In this document: one piece after another, positions 29,770 to 39,220 of the stretch | How the letters are laid out: the number at the start of each line of letters is the position of its first letter | Position numbering within the stretch: the stretch's first letter is position 1 | Assembly (NCBI GenBank): GCA_015233495.1 | Contig: JADFXQ010000003.1 | Location: 5,860 to 69,859, forward strand | From: Candidatus Omnitrophota bacterium | GTDB taxonomy: Bacteria; Omnitrophota; Gorgyraeia; Zapsychrales; Zapsychraceae | Direction: 5' to 3' | DNA: 64,000 bases | Notes under the pieces: generated by a model | Seen by the model: only the letters and a program-made list of their open reading frames with translations | Database searches by the model: none | What the model was told of the DNA's origin: nothing | Position numbers and translations under genes: made by a program

Positions 29770-31712
29770 TATGGGATATGGATCCGCCCCAAAACGATCA
29801 TTTTTCCCCGAACCGGTTTCCCATTACGATCCAGTCCTTTTAACACCACGGGAGCGGTTTCATTGTCCTGATAAATGCTCGCCACAATATTATAGCTTCC
29901 CGGGGACATTTCCGGAGGAATAAACAACCAAATTTTTTCTTTGATCCGCTCGCCTTTTTGCCAAAGATTCGTGGCGTAAACGCCATAACCAATAATTTTT
30001 TTTTGATTAAAAATAACCGTGCCGTTTTGGGAAAAACCCAAAGACATCCGATAAACAGAATCCGTGGATTTTTGAGCGTCCCAAACCAATTCCAAACATC
30101 TTCCGGCCGGATCTGCCTTGAAATTTACTCCGGATAAAGAAAAAATCTCCCGCACCCAAACCCTCGACTGATTCGTCCTGTATCCGGGGACCGGAAGAAC
30201 TTCCACCAATTTTGTCCCCGAGCCGTCCTTTCGGAATAACACCAGATTGTCCGCTGCTGCCTCAACCCGCCAATCTGCCATTTCAAAAAACCGCGTCATG
30301 CGCCGGGCAACCGAGCGTCGCGCCGCGGCATCCGCTTTTGCCAATTCTTCCCTCAGCCAAACGCAATTAAAATCAATCAACGCCCATCGCGACCCGGTAA
30401 CCACATCTTGGGGCGTTTGTCCGGAAAATGCGTTCCCTCCCATCCAAATCGTGTGAAAACTGTAAAGATTTTTCCGTAAAGAAAGCTCAGCCAAAAAATC
30501 AAAAGAAGCGGTTACGCCTGCATCGCGCGGAATCTTTTTCACCAATTGCCAACGTACCGGATCAAAATGATCCTCCCAACGCGTCCGCGCTGCAAAGCGG
30601 TCCGAATGGAACCATAGCGACGCGTTCAAAAAACTCATCAACAGAATCAGGCCGATGATCAGCCGGTAAAACCAGTCCTGTACGCGCGGCCGGATTGCGG
30701 CTAATCCATAAACCGCGGCGCAAAAGATATAAACTCCGGAGGTGGCCGCGTAATGATAAAATATGGAACGCATTCTGGGTTCCCCGCTCAATAAATGTTG
30801 TAAAAAAATCGGCAGACCTAAAAATAATTTATCCGGACTTAAAAAAGATAAAAACAACAACGGAGAATCCAATTCTAAGAAGTAATTAAAAAACGCGGCT
30901 GAAAACAACCGCGTCAGATGCGCGCGGATAATCGCGCCATAGGCCCATCCAAAATGATGGTTAGACCCGAGGGCCGGGATCTGATAAAAAGAGGTATAAG
31001 CATTGGCTGTCATAAATCCCAGGTTGTGCCGTAAATAGGGGACAAAGAAAAACATGCTGAACGCAAAAATCCCGCCGCCGATCAACAAAGGCAAGCCAAC
31101 CCATAAAATCTTACTTTCCCTTGTCTGAAACAAGGCGTAGAGTCCAAAACAAGCGATTAACAATGCGATATTTTCCTTAACCAAGGCCGCGAATAAAATG
31201 GATACCGTAAAAAGAAACAGCTTGCGCCGGACAAAAAAATAATAAATCGCCGAAAACAAAAACGGCAAAGCGAGATTTTCAAAATGGAATTCATACAACA
31301 GCATGAAAATGTTGGGCGGATAAAAACAATAAACCAGCATGAGGCCGAACGCGACCGCCGGACCTAATTGACCGCGGGCGATGCGATACAGAATCCCCGC
31401 CGCGGTAAAAAGCGCGAAAATTTTCAGATGGATCAAAGTCAAGGCGTGGGGAAAAATCCAGTAAAGCGGCGTCAAAAGAATCGCGATATACTCGGCGTGA
31501 TTGGTCAAAAAACTCGTGCCAAAAACTGTGGACACGGTTGTCCCGTGCATCAGATTCCACATCACATGATTGTACATGGCCAAATCCCAGTCATAATACC
31601 CAAAAAACGCGTATTTATACTGGAGGACTATCGACCAAAATCCGCACAAAATCAAAACGGTGGCAAACGCCAGCCGGTCAAAAAACGCATCGGATATGCT
31701 CCATTTATTCAT
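29769..31712 (-). CDS. DUF2079-like multi-pass membrane protein (putative GT-C)
   Basis: DLAMY, H.EYI, EFH, KE, YHY motifs and a C-terminal soluble beta domain. Confidence 0.7.
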   Translation of the reverse strand: MNKWSISDAFFDRLAFATVLILCGFWSIVLQYKYAFFGYYDWDLAMYNHVMWNLMHGTTVSTVFGTSFLTNHAEYIAILLTPLYWIFPHALTLIHLKIFALFTAAGILYRIARGQLGPAVAFGLMLVYCFYPPNIFMLLYEFHFENLALPFLFSAIYYFFVRRKLFLFTVSILFAALVKENIALLIACFGLYALFQTRESKILWVGLPLLIGGGIFAFSMFFFVPYLRHNLGFMTANAYTSFYQIPALGSNHHFGWAYGAIIRAHLTRLFSAAFFNYFLELDSPLLFLSFLSPDKLFLGLPIFLQHLLSGEPRMRSIFYHYAATSGVYIFCAAVYGLAAIRPRVQDWFYRLIIGLILLMSFLNASLWFHSDRFAARTRWEDHFDPVRWQLVKKIPRDAGVTASFDFLAELSLRKNLYSFHTIWMGGNAFSGQTPQDVVTGSRWALIDFNCVWLREELAKADAAARRSVARRMTRFFEMADWRVEAAADNLVLFRKDGSGTKLVEVLPVPGYRTNQSRVWVREIFSLSGVNFKADPAGRCLELVWDAQKSTDSVYRMSLGFSQNGTVIFNQKKIIGYGVYATNLWQKGERIKEKIWLFIPPEMSPGSYNIVASIYQDNETAPVVLKGLDRNGKPVRGKMIVLGRIHIP

Positions 31713-31809
31713 AAAAATAATATTCTCCCCCGTATGCCATGGCACAAATCACTTAAATCTTTTCTTTAACGACCTCATCCAAACTCTGTCTGTCGTTAGC
31801 GGACGGCGG

Positions 31810-33015
31810 CTATCGAAATAATCCCTGCAAGGCCTCTTCCAATTTTTTATTTAACTGGCCAAAAACATGATTCCGTTCGACACTGCGGCGGCCTTCCGCG
31901 GCAATACGGGCGGCATCTTGCGGATTCATGATTAAAAAATATATTTGACCGACAAGCGTTTTGACATCTTTGGGCGAATAAAGCAAACCGTTTTCCCGGT
32001 CGCGGATCAAGAGGCGTCCTCCCGGCGAATCCGGGACCAGCGCCGGAATTCCCGCGGCCTGGGCCTCTAAAATAGTAATCCCCGAGGTTACCGGTTTTGC
32101 CGGAGCGATGAACAGATCCGCGGCAGCAAGATATTCCACGACGTCTTCCCGGCTTTTTTCTCCGGCGAAATGAACTGCCGCCGCCAGCCCTAAAGCCTTA
32201 GTTAAAATTTCCCAATCTTCCCGTAATTCTCCATCGCCAATAATCTCGCAATGAAATTCCACCCTTTGATGTTGCCTGCGCAATTGCGCCAAAGCGCGCA
32301 GCACCGGGCCAAAATCAACCTCTTTCGCCAAACGGCTGATCATGACAATATTCAGCGTCGTGCGCCCAGTCACAACCTTGGGACGGCGATCTTTCATAAA
32401 AAGGGGAAGTTTGACGCCGCAGGGCAAGGGCTTGATTTTCTGCGGATCTGCTTCCCAACGCAATAATGTCCACAAAGCCCGCTCGGTGTCCGTCAACAAC
32501 AAGTCTTGCCGCTGGGCCAGGGCACGCGCCTGGCCCGGCGAAACTAAGCGCCGGGTGATTTCGTCTTCATAAATCAAAGTCACAATTTTTTGAACGAAAA
32601 AACAATCCTGGACGAATGCTCCGATTCTTCCCATCTGCGCCGTGTGACAATAAAGCACATCGATATTTTTGCGCGGAAATCCTATGGCCGCGTAAAACAA
32701 GTTGCCGGCCAACGCGTCCTTCCCGTAGCGAAACACATTTAACGCTTTAAAAAAACGATGAATTTCATCCAGATTAAGATAAAGCAGCCACAACGATTTG
32801 AGTGCCCGAATGAGCCAATTACGCGGCACATTGAAACTGCTGACCCGATGATGCAATCCGGATTTTCTCACGTCGGCGTGAGTCGTTTTCCAGAGGCCCG
32901 GACGGAAGCTTACCACATCGACTTCATGGCCACGCTCAATCAAACTGAGCGCTTGGTCTAAGACGCGCGTGTCGGATAAAGAAGGGAATTGCCGGACTAA
33001 AAACACAATACGCAT
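31810..33015 (-). CDS. GT4 glycosyltransferase, WcaL-like
   Basis: FPSLSDT N-terminus, IGDGELR, ILEAQAAG. Confidence 0.75.
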   Translation of the reverse strand: MRIVFLVRQFPSLSDTRVLDQALSLIERGHEVDVVSFRPGLWKTTHADVRKSGLHHRVSSFNVPRNWLIRALKSLWLLYLNLDEIHRFFKALNVFRYGKDALAGNLFYAAIGFPRKNIDVLYCHTAQMGRIGAFVQDCFFVQKIVTLIYEDEITRRLVSPGQARALAQRQDLLLTDTERALWTLLRWEADPQKIKPLPCGVKLPLFMKDRRPKVVTGRTTLNIVMISRLAKEVDFGPVLRALAQLRRQHQRVEFHCEIIGDGELREDWEILTKALGLAAAVHFAGEKSREDVVEYLAAADLFIAPAKPVTSGITILEAQAAGIPALVPDSPGGRLLIRDRENGLLYSPKDVKTLVGQIYFLIMNPQDAARIAAEGRRSVERNHVFGQLNKKLEEALQGLFR

Positions 33016-33077
33016 AATGTTTCAATATAGCATAAAGCGCTTTTCAGAAATATCACTTTATAAAAAATGAGTTTTTT

Positions 33078-33106
33078 TTGAAGAATCCCGCCTTTTGATA
33101 TAAAAT
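33078..33106 (+). promoter_or_regulatory. Sigma70-type promoter
   Basis: TTGAAG-17bp-TAAAAT. Confidence 0.45.
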
Positions 33107-33145
33107 GTGTTTTAATCCTTAACCATTAAAATTCCGAAAAGGCTT

Positions 33146-35836
33146 ATGTCCCATCCTATTGTCGCATTTTTGCGCCGGTTTTCCTTTCCGATCCGTTTAC
33201 TGTTTTTGCTGGGTCTGGGATTTCTGGTTTACCGCGAGACATTTCGAGGCCAGTTCGTATTTGACGATATTGAATTTATCGTGACCAACCCGTTCATCAA
33301 AAATTTCAGCGCGATCCAAGGCTTTTGGGAGATGTCTTTCCCAAAAACGCGCATCATCACGGTTTATTCCTATGCCCTGAATTATTATCTAAACAAACTC
33401 GATCCATTCGGATATCATCTCTTTAACTATATTGTTCATATTGTCGCGACATTAGCCGTTTGGCGGTTGGCCTTCTTATTAGTTTCCATCCTCCAAACCC
33501 CTCAACCTGTCCCAACACCGATACCCGCGAGTCAAACTTCCAATAACAAACCGCGTCTGAATAATTTAAATAAAGGAAAAACAGCCGCCGCCAAAACAAA
33601 AGCCCAATCTACAACCCAAGCAACCGCCCAAACAACAGCGCCTTTCCGATCTTTCTCTCTATTATCCCTGATCCCCTTTTTCGTCACACTGATCTTTCTT
33701 GTCCATCCGGGTCAAACCGAAGCGGTCACTTATATTACCCAGCGCTTTGAATCCCTGGCCACCATGTTTTATCTTCTCACCCTCTGCTGCTACGTCCAAG
33801 GCCGGATGCCCGCGGTCCAGTTAATCAAACGGATTTTCTTGTTCTCAGGAGCGGCATTTTTTTCGATATGCGCCATTACATCAAAAGAAATCTCCATCAC
33901 CTTGCCGTTGACTATCGTCGCGATTGAGTTGATCTTTTTTAAAGATCTCCGTCGTGTCCGTTTATCTTTATTGCTGATTTTGTTCCTAATCAGCTGTGTT
34001 TTTCTGTTTTTATTCAGCCATATCATCAAGGCCAGCCTGTGGTCACTGTGGACGCACACATTTAATTCTGAATCGCACGACGGAGATATCTTGACCCCGT
34101 ATACCTATATCCTGACCCAAATGCGCGTATTCCTGACGTTTTTCCGGCTTCTCATTTTCCCGGTCAACCAAAATTTGGAATACGATTATCCCATGTCCAA
34201 TTCGCTGCTTGACCCGCCATTAACATTGGTGGGTCTCCTCTTCATCATCGCCTTAGCCGTCATCAGTTGGCTCGCGCGCAAAAAATATCCTCTCATCAGT
34301 TTTGGAATCGCTTGGATACTGATCACGTTTTCCGCCAATCTAGTGCCGCGGGCCAATGTCATTTTTGAGCACAAACTTTATCTTATGTGTTTCGGATTTG
34401 CTCTGGCAGGAATATCCTTGTTGAATGAACTCATCAAAAACCGGAAAATTTTGATTACTTTGCTGATCGGCATTATTTTAATTTTTTCTCTGACCACTTT
34501 TCATCGCAACAAGGTTTGGCTCACGGAGCGAGCCCTGTGGGAAGACGAAGTCAAAAAATCGCCAAACAAAGCCCGAGTTCACGCTAACATGGGAAAAGTC
34601 TATACTGATTTAAAAATTATTGACAAGGCCCTGTTTGAACTGGGACGCGCAATTGAACTTAAAGCCGACGATTTTAAATCCTACAGCAACCGGGGCGCGG
34701 CCTATTATTCGATCGGCGATTTTGATCACGCCTTAGAAAATTATAATAAAGCGATCGAAATCAAACCCGGTTATTTCGGAGTATACGTCAATCGGGCCTT
34801 AATTTATTTTGAAATGCGCCAATTTGACATGGCCCTGGCAAACTTGAACACCGCCATTCTCCTTGACCCGAAATTTCAGTATGGCTACATTCACCGCGGC
34901 CGTTTGCTTAACGAACTCGGTCGTTATCAAGAGGCGCTGCGCGATTTTGATCAAGCTCTCAAAATCGCCCCCGGCGATGTCGAGGCGCTGGTCGGCCGCG
35001 CGGTCAATTATTTTTTCCTCGGTCAAACTGAAAAAGCGATTCAAGATTTTAACCTGGCCCAGCAATTCAAACCGCAAGAACCTTTGGTCTTTATCAACCG
35101 CGGTTTTTGTTATTTCAAGATCGGCCAGCCCGATAAGGCGATTGCCGATTTCAACGCTGCCATCCAAATTCAACCGGGCAATGGCGAAGCCTACAACAAA
35201 CGAGGCATGGCCTATCACGCCAAAGGCGCCTTCGATAAAGCCTTTGCTGATTTCAACCAAGCGATCGCTCTCGACCCGCACAATGTCACAGCGCTAAATA
35301 ACCGGGCATCGATTTATTTTCAGCGCGGCCAGACGGATGCGGCGCTCGCTGACTGCGACCAAGCGATTGCCCTGAACCCGCATATGGCCATGGTTTATAA
35401 TAATCGGGGCATCATTTATCTGGGCAAAAAAATGGTAGAGCAAGCCAAAGCGGATTTTGATAAATCTTTGGAGTTAGACCCAAACTATATTGAATCTTAT
35501 CTAAAACGCGGCTTTATCTACGCTTCGCAAAACAATTACACCCAGGCCTTAGCAGATTTCTCGTCGATCATTGCCCGCGAACCTACTCATTTTGCCGCGC
35601 TTTATAACCGCGGGGTGATCGAGGCCATAGCGGGCAATCAAACCGCGGCGATCGTTGATTTCACTCAGTCGTTAAAATCGAATCCCAACTATGCGATGGC
35701 CTTCTGGGGGCGAGCTAACTCTTACGCGGCGATTGGCAAATTCTCCGAGGCTTTAGCCGACGCGCAAGCCGCGCAATCGCTTGGCCAAGAAGTCCCCGCC
35801 GAATTTATCGCGAATATGAAAAGCAAGATCAAGTAA
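33146..35836 (+). CDS. TMTC-like membrane glycosyltransferase with C-terminal TPR array
   Basis: FVFDD..I..NP, HPGQTEAVTYI.QR, SKE, EHKLY, and about 11-12 TPRs (NRG..Y...G....A..D). Confidence 0.85.
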   Translation: MSHPIVAFLRRFSFPIRLLFLLGLGFLVYRETFRGQFVFDDIEFIVTNPFIKNFSAIQGFWEMSFPKTRIITVYSYALNYYLNKLDPFGYHLFNYIVHIVATLAVWRLAFLLVSILQTPQPVPTPIPASQTSNNKPRLNNLNKGKTAAAKTKAQSTTQATAQTTAPFRSFSLLSLIPFFVTLIFLVHPGQTEAVTYITQRFESLATMFYLLTLCCYVQGRMPAVQLIKRIFLFSGAAFFSICAITSKEISITLPLTIVAIELIFFKDLRRVRLSLLLILFLISCVFLFLFSHIIKASLWSLWTHTFNSESHDGDILTPYTYILTQMRVFLTFFRLLIFPVNQNLEYDYPMSNSLLDPPLTLVGLLFIIALAVISWLARKKYPLISFGIAWILITFSANLVPRANVIFEHKLYLMCFGFALAGISLLNELIKNRKILITLLIGIILIFSLTTFHRNKVWLTERALWEDEVKKSPNKARVHANMGKVYTDLKIIDKALFELGRAIELKADDFKSYSNRGAAYYSIGDFDHALENYNKAIEIKPGYFGVYVNRALIYFEMRQFDMALANLNTAILLDPKFQYGYIHRGRLLNELGRYQEALRDFDQALKIAPGDVEALVGRAVNYFFLGQTEKAIQDFNLAQQFKPQEPLVFINRGFCYFKIGQPDKAIADFNAAIQIQPGNGEAYNKRGMAYHAKGAFDKAFADFNQAIALDPHNVTALNNRASIYFQRGQTDAALADCDQAIALNPHMAMVYNNRGIIYLGKKMVEQAKADFDKSLELDPNYIESYLKRGFIYASQNNYTQALADFSSIIAREPTHFAALYNRGVIEAIAGNQTAAIVDFTQSLKSNPNYAMAFWGRANSYAAIGKFSEALADAQAAQSLGQEVPAEFIANMKSKIK

Positions 35837-36386
35837 TTCCGATTTCCCGGTTTTGAGAATAAACGCAGCCGCAATATTTTTGACGATAAAAATTTTCGCG
35901 TTTGGCAGTTTCCGCCATGCGCAGCGATCCGCTGCCTTTTCGCCAGTTCATATCCCAAAACGTTAATCCCGAATATAAAGCCGCAGACGCGCGTCCGGCC
36001 GCGTTGACTTGCTCAATATCTTTCCAACGGGAAATGCCTACGGTCGTGGCAAATAAGTAAAAACCATTCTTGACCGCAGCCGCGGCCGCGGCCGACAAAC
36101 GCAGGGAAAAACAAACTGCGCAGCGTTGACCTCGCTCCGGTTCTTTCTCCAGCCCCTGAACCGCGCTGGACCATTGCTCATGATCATAATCGCCGTCGAT
36201 CCAGGGAATACCGCGTGATTCCAAAAAACGCGCCACTTCGTTTTTGCGCCGCAGATATTCTTCCAAAGGAAAAATATTTGGATTATAAAAAAACACCCGG
36301 ATTTCCCAAGCGTTTTCGATCAACCCCTCGATAATCCCTGCGGAACAAGGCGCGCAGCAAATATGCAAAAATAATTTTTTAGCCAT
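35829..36386 (-). CDS. queH: Epoxyqueuosine reductase QueH
   Basis: LHICCAPCS, YNPNI, ERGQRCAVC, YRQKYCGC. Confidence 0.93.
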   Translation of the reverse strand: MAKKLFLHICCAPCSAGIIEGLIENAWEIRVFFYNPNIFPLEEYLRRKNEVARFLESRGIPWIDGDYDHEQWSSAVQGLEKEPERGQRCAVCFSLRLSAAAAAAVKNGFYLFATTVGISRWKDIEQVNAAGRASAALYSGLTFWDMNWRKGSGSLRMAETAKRENFYRQKYCGCVYSQNREIGIT

Positions 36387-36408
36387 ACTCTTGTTCAACT
36401 ATCCGCCT

Positions 36409-37266
36409 TCAACCTTCAGCCGCCTTAAACGCTTGCGGCAAATGATCAATGATATCCGAAGCGATCAGGCTGATCCTGCCCTTTTCCTCAGCCGCTAAAT
36501 CACCCGCCAAACCATGAATATACGCTCCGGTCTTGGCGGCTAAAAAACCATCCAGACCTTGCGCTAAAAAAGCCGCGATAATTCCGGTTAAAACGTCTCC
36601 GCTTCCCGCAGTGGCCATTCCGGGGTTGCCAGTGTCATTGACATAAATTTTCCCCGCAGGATCGGCGACGACTGTGGCGGGTCCTTTGAGCAGGACAACA
36701 CACTGAAAACCAGAAGCGAAATCCGCGGCAGTTCTTTCCCGGGAAGCTTCAATTTCGCTTTTCTTAAGACCGGTTAAACGCGCCATTTCCCCAAGGTGGG
36801 GCGTGAGCACTTTAATCCCGGAATTCGCGGTTAAGCAACGCGGATTAACCGCAACTGCGTTGAGACCGTCAGCGTCAATCACCATCGGGAGCGATATTTT
36901 GCCAACGCAGGTTAAGATGAAATTGCGGGTAGCCGCGTCTGCCGACATACCTGGCCCAATGGCCACAGATTGAAACCGACCGATACCAGGCAAAATTTGC
37001 TTAAAGGCCCGGAGGCTGAATGTCCGCTGAATGGTCTGGGTCAGCGGCCAGGTCATGGTCGCATTATTGATTTTTTTCTGAGCGGTTAAATTGAGACTGG
37101 CGGGAACGCCAAGAGTGACCATCCCCGCGCCGGCGCGCAAAGCGGATAAAGCGGTTAACGCGGCCGCGCCAAGCATGCGGCCGCTTCCGGCCAAAATCAG
37201 GGCATGACCAAAATCCTGCTTATGGACACGGGGATTCTTGCGTAATAATCGCGTTGGCAACCGCAT
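36409..37266 (-). CDS. nnrD: ADP-dependent NAD(P)HX dehydratase
   Basis: HKQDFG, GPG, DADG, LTPHLGE, ATAGSGDVL. Confidence 0.93.
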   Translation of the reverse strand: MRLPTRLLRKNPRVHKQDFGHALILAGSGRMLGAAALTALSALRAGAGMVTLGVPASLNLTAQKKINNATMTWPLTQTIQRTFSLRAFKQILPGIGRFQSVAIGPGMSADAATRNFILTCVGKISLPMVIDADGLNAVAVNPRCLTANSGIKVLTPHLGEMARLTGLKKSEIEASRERTAADFASGFQCVVLLKGPATVVADPAGKIYVNDTGNPGMATAGSGDVLTGIIAAFLAQGLDGFLAAKTGAYIHGLAGDLAAEEKGRISLIASDIIDHLPQAFKAAEG

Positions 37267-37585
37267 AATTGCGCGTGTGGGATAATGAGACGTGAATTTG
37301 ATATTTAAATTGATCTTTTAAAAACACGCAGCACGGACGTCCATGCGCGTCATTGACGATTTCAAGGTCTTTCCAACCGACCCGCGGATCGTCGCCAATG
37401 GCCTTATAAACCGCTTCTTTCGCGGCAAACCGCGCCGCGAAATGCTGGGCCGGAAATTTGTGCTGCCGGGCATAAGCGATTTCCTTGGCCGTAAAAACAT
37501 GGGACAAAAAACCGTCCCCCCAGCGGTCAATGGCCTCTTTAACGCGTTGCACTTCAATGATGTCAACCCCGGTTCCGATGATCAT
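37220..37585 (-). CDS. acpS: Holo-ACP synthase
   Basis: GTGVDI, ARFAAKEA, SLSH. Confidence 0.95.
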   Translation of the reverse strand: MIIGTGVDIIEVQRVKEAIDRWGDGFLSHVFTAKEIAYARQHKFPAQHFAARFAAKEAVYKAIGDDPRVGWKDLEIVNDAHGRPCCVFLKDQFKYQIHVSLSHTRNYAVANAIITQESPCP

Positions 37586-38298
37586 AACGCAACCAGCTCT
37601 TTCATTTCCCGGACGGCCTGGCCTAACCCGACGAACAACGCTCGGGCCATGATGGCATGCCCGATGTTCAATTCCGCTATACCGGGAATTCGCGCGATCG
37701 GACGCGTGTTATCATATTTTAAGCCATGCCCCGCGTTAACGATCAGGCCTAATCGGCGACCATACGCGGTAGCCTCTTGAATCTTGCGCAATTGCCGCGC
37801 CCGAGATTGATCTGTCCGCGCCCGGTCATAAGCCCCGGTATGAATCTCAATCATGGCTGCGCCGGATTCCCGGGATTTTAATATCTGTTTTTTATCGGGA
37901 GGGATAAAAAGACTCACGGCGATTTTCTTTTTATTTAAAACTTCGACCGCGCGCCGCACTGCGTCGAATTGATGAATAACATCTAACCCGCCTTCGGTCG
38001 TAATCTCCTGCCGCCGCTCGGGAACCAGGGTCGCTTGGTCCGGCTTAAGCCGGCTGGCAATCCGCACAATTTCCGCGTCCAAAGACATCTCCAAATTGAA
38101 CCGTCCGTGAACCGTGCGCCGCAAGGCCCAGACATCTTTATCCTGAATATGCCGTCGGTCCTCCCGCAAATGCGCCACAATGCTGTCCGCGCCCGCCTGC
38201 AAGCAAATCACCGCGGCTTTTACCGGATCGGGATCAAATTCACGGCGCGCCTGACGCAAAGTCGCCACATGATCAATATTTACTCCCAAAAGAGGCAT
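37582..38298 (-). CDS. pdxJ: Pyridoxine 5'-phosphate synthase
   Basis: LGVNIDHVATLRQAR, HLREDRRHI, TTEGG, AGHGL, NIGH. Confidence 0.97.
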   Translation of the reverse strand: MPLLGVNIDHVATLRQARREFDPDPVKAAVICLQAGADSIVAHLREDRRHIQDKDVWALRRTVHGRFNLEMSLDAEIVRIASRLKPDQATLVPERRQEITTEGGLDVIHQFDAVRRAVEVLNKKKIAVSLFIPPDKKQILKSRESGAAMIEIHTGAYDRARTDQSRARQLRKIQEATAYGRRLGLIVNAGHGLKYDNTRPIARIPGIAELNIGHAIMARALFVGLGQAVREMKELVAL

Positions 38299-38336
38299 AA
38301 GTATCCCCTCAAAATAACCGCGCTAAAACGCCCGCG

Positions 38337-38435
38337 TCAACGGACCAACTCGCCGCTGATATAAATCCAGGTTAAGACCGCTAAAATCAACGCGATCAAT
38401 TTTAAAGAAAAATTTGTGGTCAGCCAATTCTTCAT
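38337..38435 (-). CDS. 32-aa single-TM protein resembling the CdaR/YbbR N-terminal anchor
   Basis: Manual translation MKNWLTTNFSLKLIALILAVLTWIYISGELVR*. ATGA overlap with the cdaA stop. Below the ORF-track length cutoff. Confidence 0.7.
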   Translation of the reverse strand: MKNWLTTNFSLKLIALILAVLTWIYISGELVR

Positions 38436-39205
38436 TGTTTCTCGACCGCGTTATGGTTGAAAAGGATGTCCTGCAATAAATTAATCAAACGTTCTTTATT
38501 AACCACGGGAATAAATCGCCCTTCCATCGCAATAGAAATTTCACCCGTTTCTTCCGAGACCATGAGAACGATGGCATCGGTGTGCTCCGTGATGCCCAGA
38601 GCCGCCCGATGGCGCGTGCCAATAATTTTGCTCAAATGCGGATTTTCGGTTAAAGGAAACAAACAGGCAATCGCGGCAATCCTATCCCGACGGATAATCG
38701 CGCCGCCGTCATGCGCCGGAGCAACCGGCAAAAAAACACTTTGGATCAATTCGGAAGAAATCCGCGCGTCTAAAGCGATGCCGCTGCTGATATACGTTTC
38801 TAATTTCACAGTGCGCTCAATAGCCAGCAAACAACCGACTTTTTGTTTTGCCAAACGAAACAAGGCGTCGGAAAGCTCGGCAATAATCAGGTTACGGTCT
38901 TTTTCTTCCAAGCCTAAAGAAAAAAAACTCCGTTCTCCCAGGCGGGCCAACCCCTGCCGCAGTTCCTGTTGAAACAAAACAATCATCCCAATGATCGACA
39001 AGGCAAAAAGTTTAGTCAACAACCAATTCAGCGTGTCTAAACCCAAAATCTGGCAAAATAAAAATAAAACCAGCAAATAGGCCATGCCTTTTAAAACCTG
39101 AAAGGCGCGGGTCCCGATAAAAAAGGCCAGCATCCGGTAATAAATGATCCAGAGGATCAATATCTCAATCGCCGGTTTAGTGAATTTCCAGTAAAAATAT
39201 TCCAT
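38432..39205 (-). CDS. cdaA: Diadenylate cyclase CdaA/DacA
   Basis: Three TMs, FQQELR, HDGG, GTRHRAA, VSEETG. Confidence 0.95.
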   Translation of the reverse strand: MEYFYWKFTKPAIEILILWIIYYRMLAFFIGTRAFQVLKGMAYLLVLFLFCQILGLDTLNWLLTKLFALSIIGMIVLFQQELRQGLARLGERSFFSLGLEEKDRNLIIAELSDALFRLAKQKVGCLLAIERTVKLETYISSGIALDARISSELIQSVFLPVAPAHDGGAIIRRDRIAAIACLFPLTENPHLSKIIGTRHRAALGITEHTDAIVLMVSEETGEISIAMEGRFIPVVNKERLINLLQDILFNHNAVEKQ

Positions 39206-39220
39206 AGTAAAAAAATTAAA

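Noticed and set aside
33490-33645. Low-complexity Pro/Thr/Gln/Lys insert in the TMTC-like protein as a possible mobile insertion or intein
   Set aside because: In frame, no terminal repeats or intein motifs; likely a variable cytoplasmic loop.
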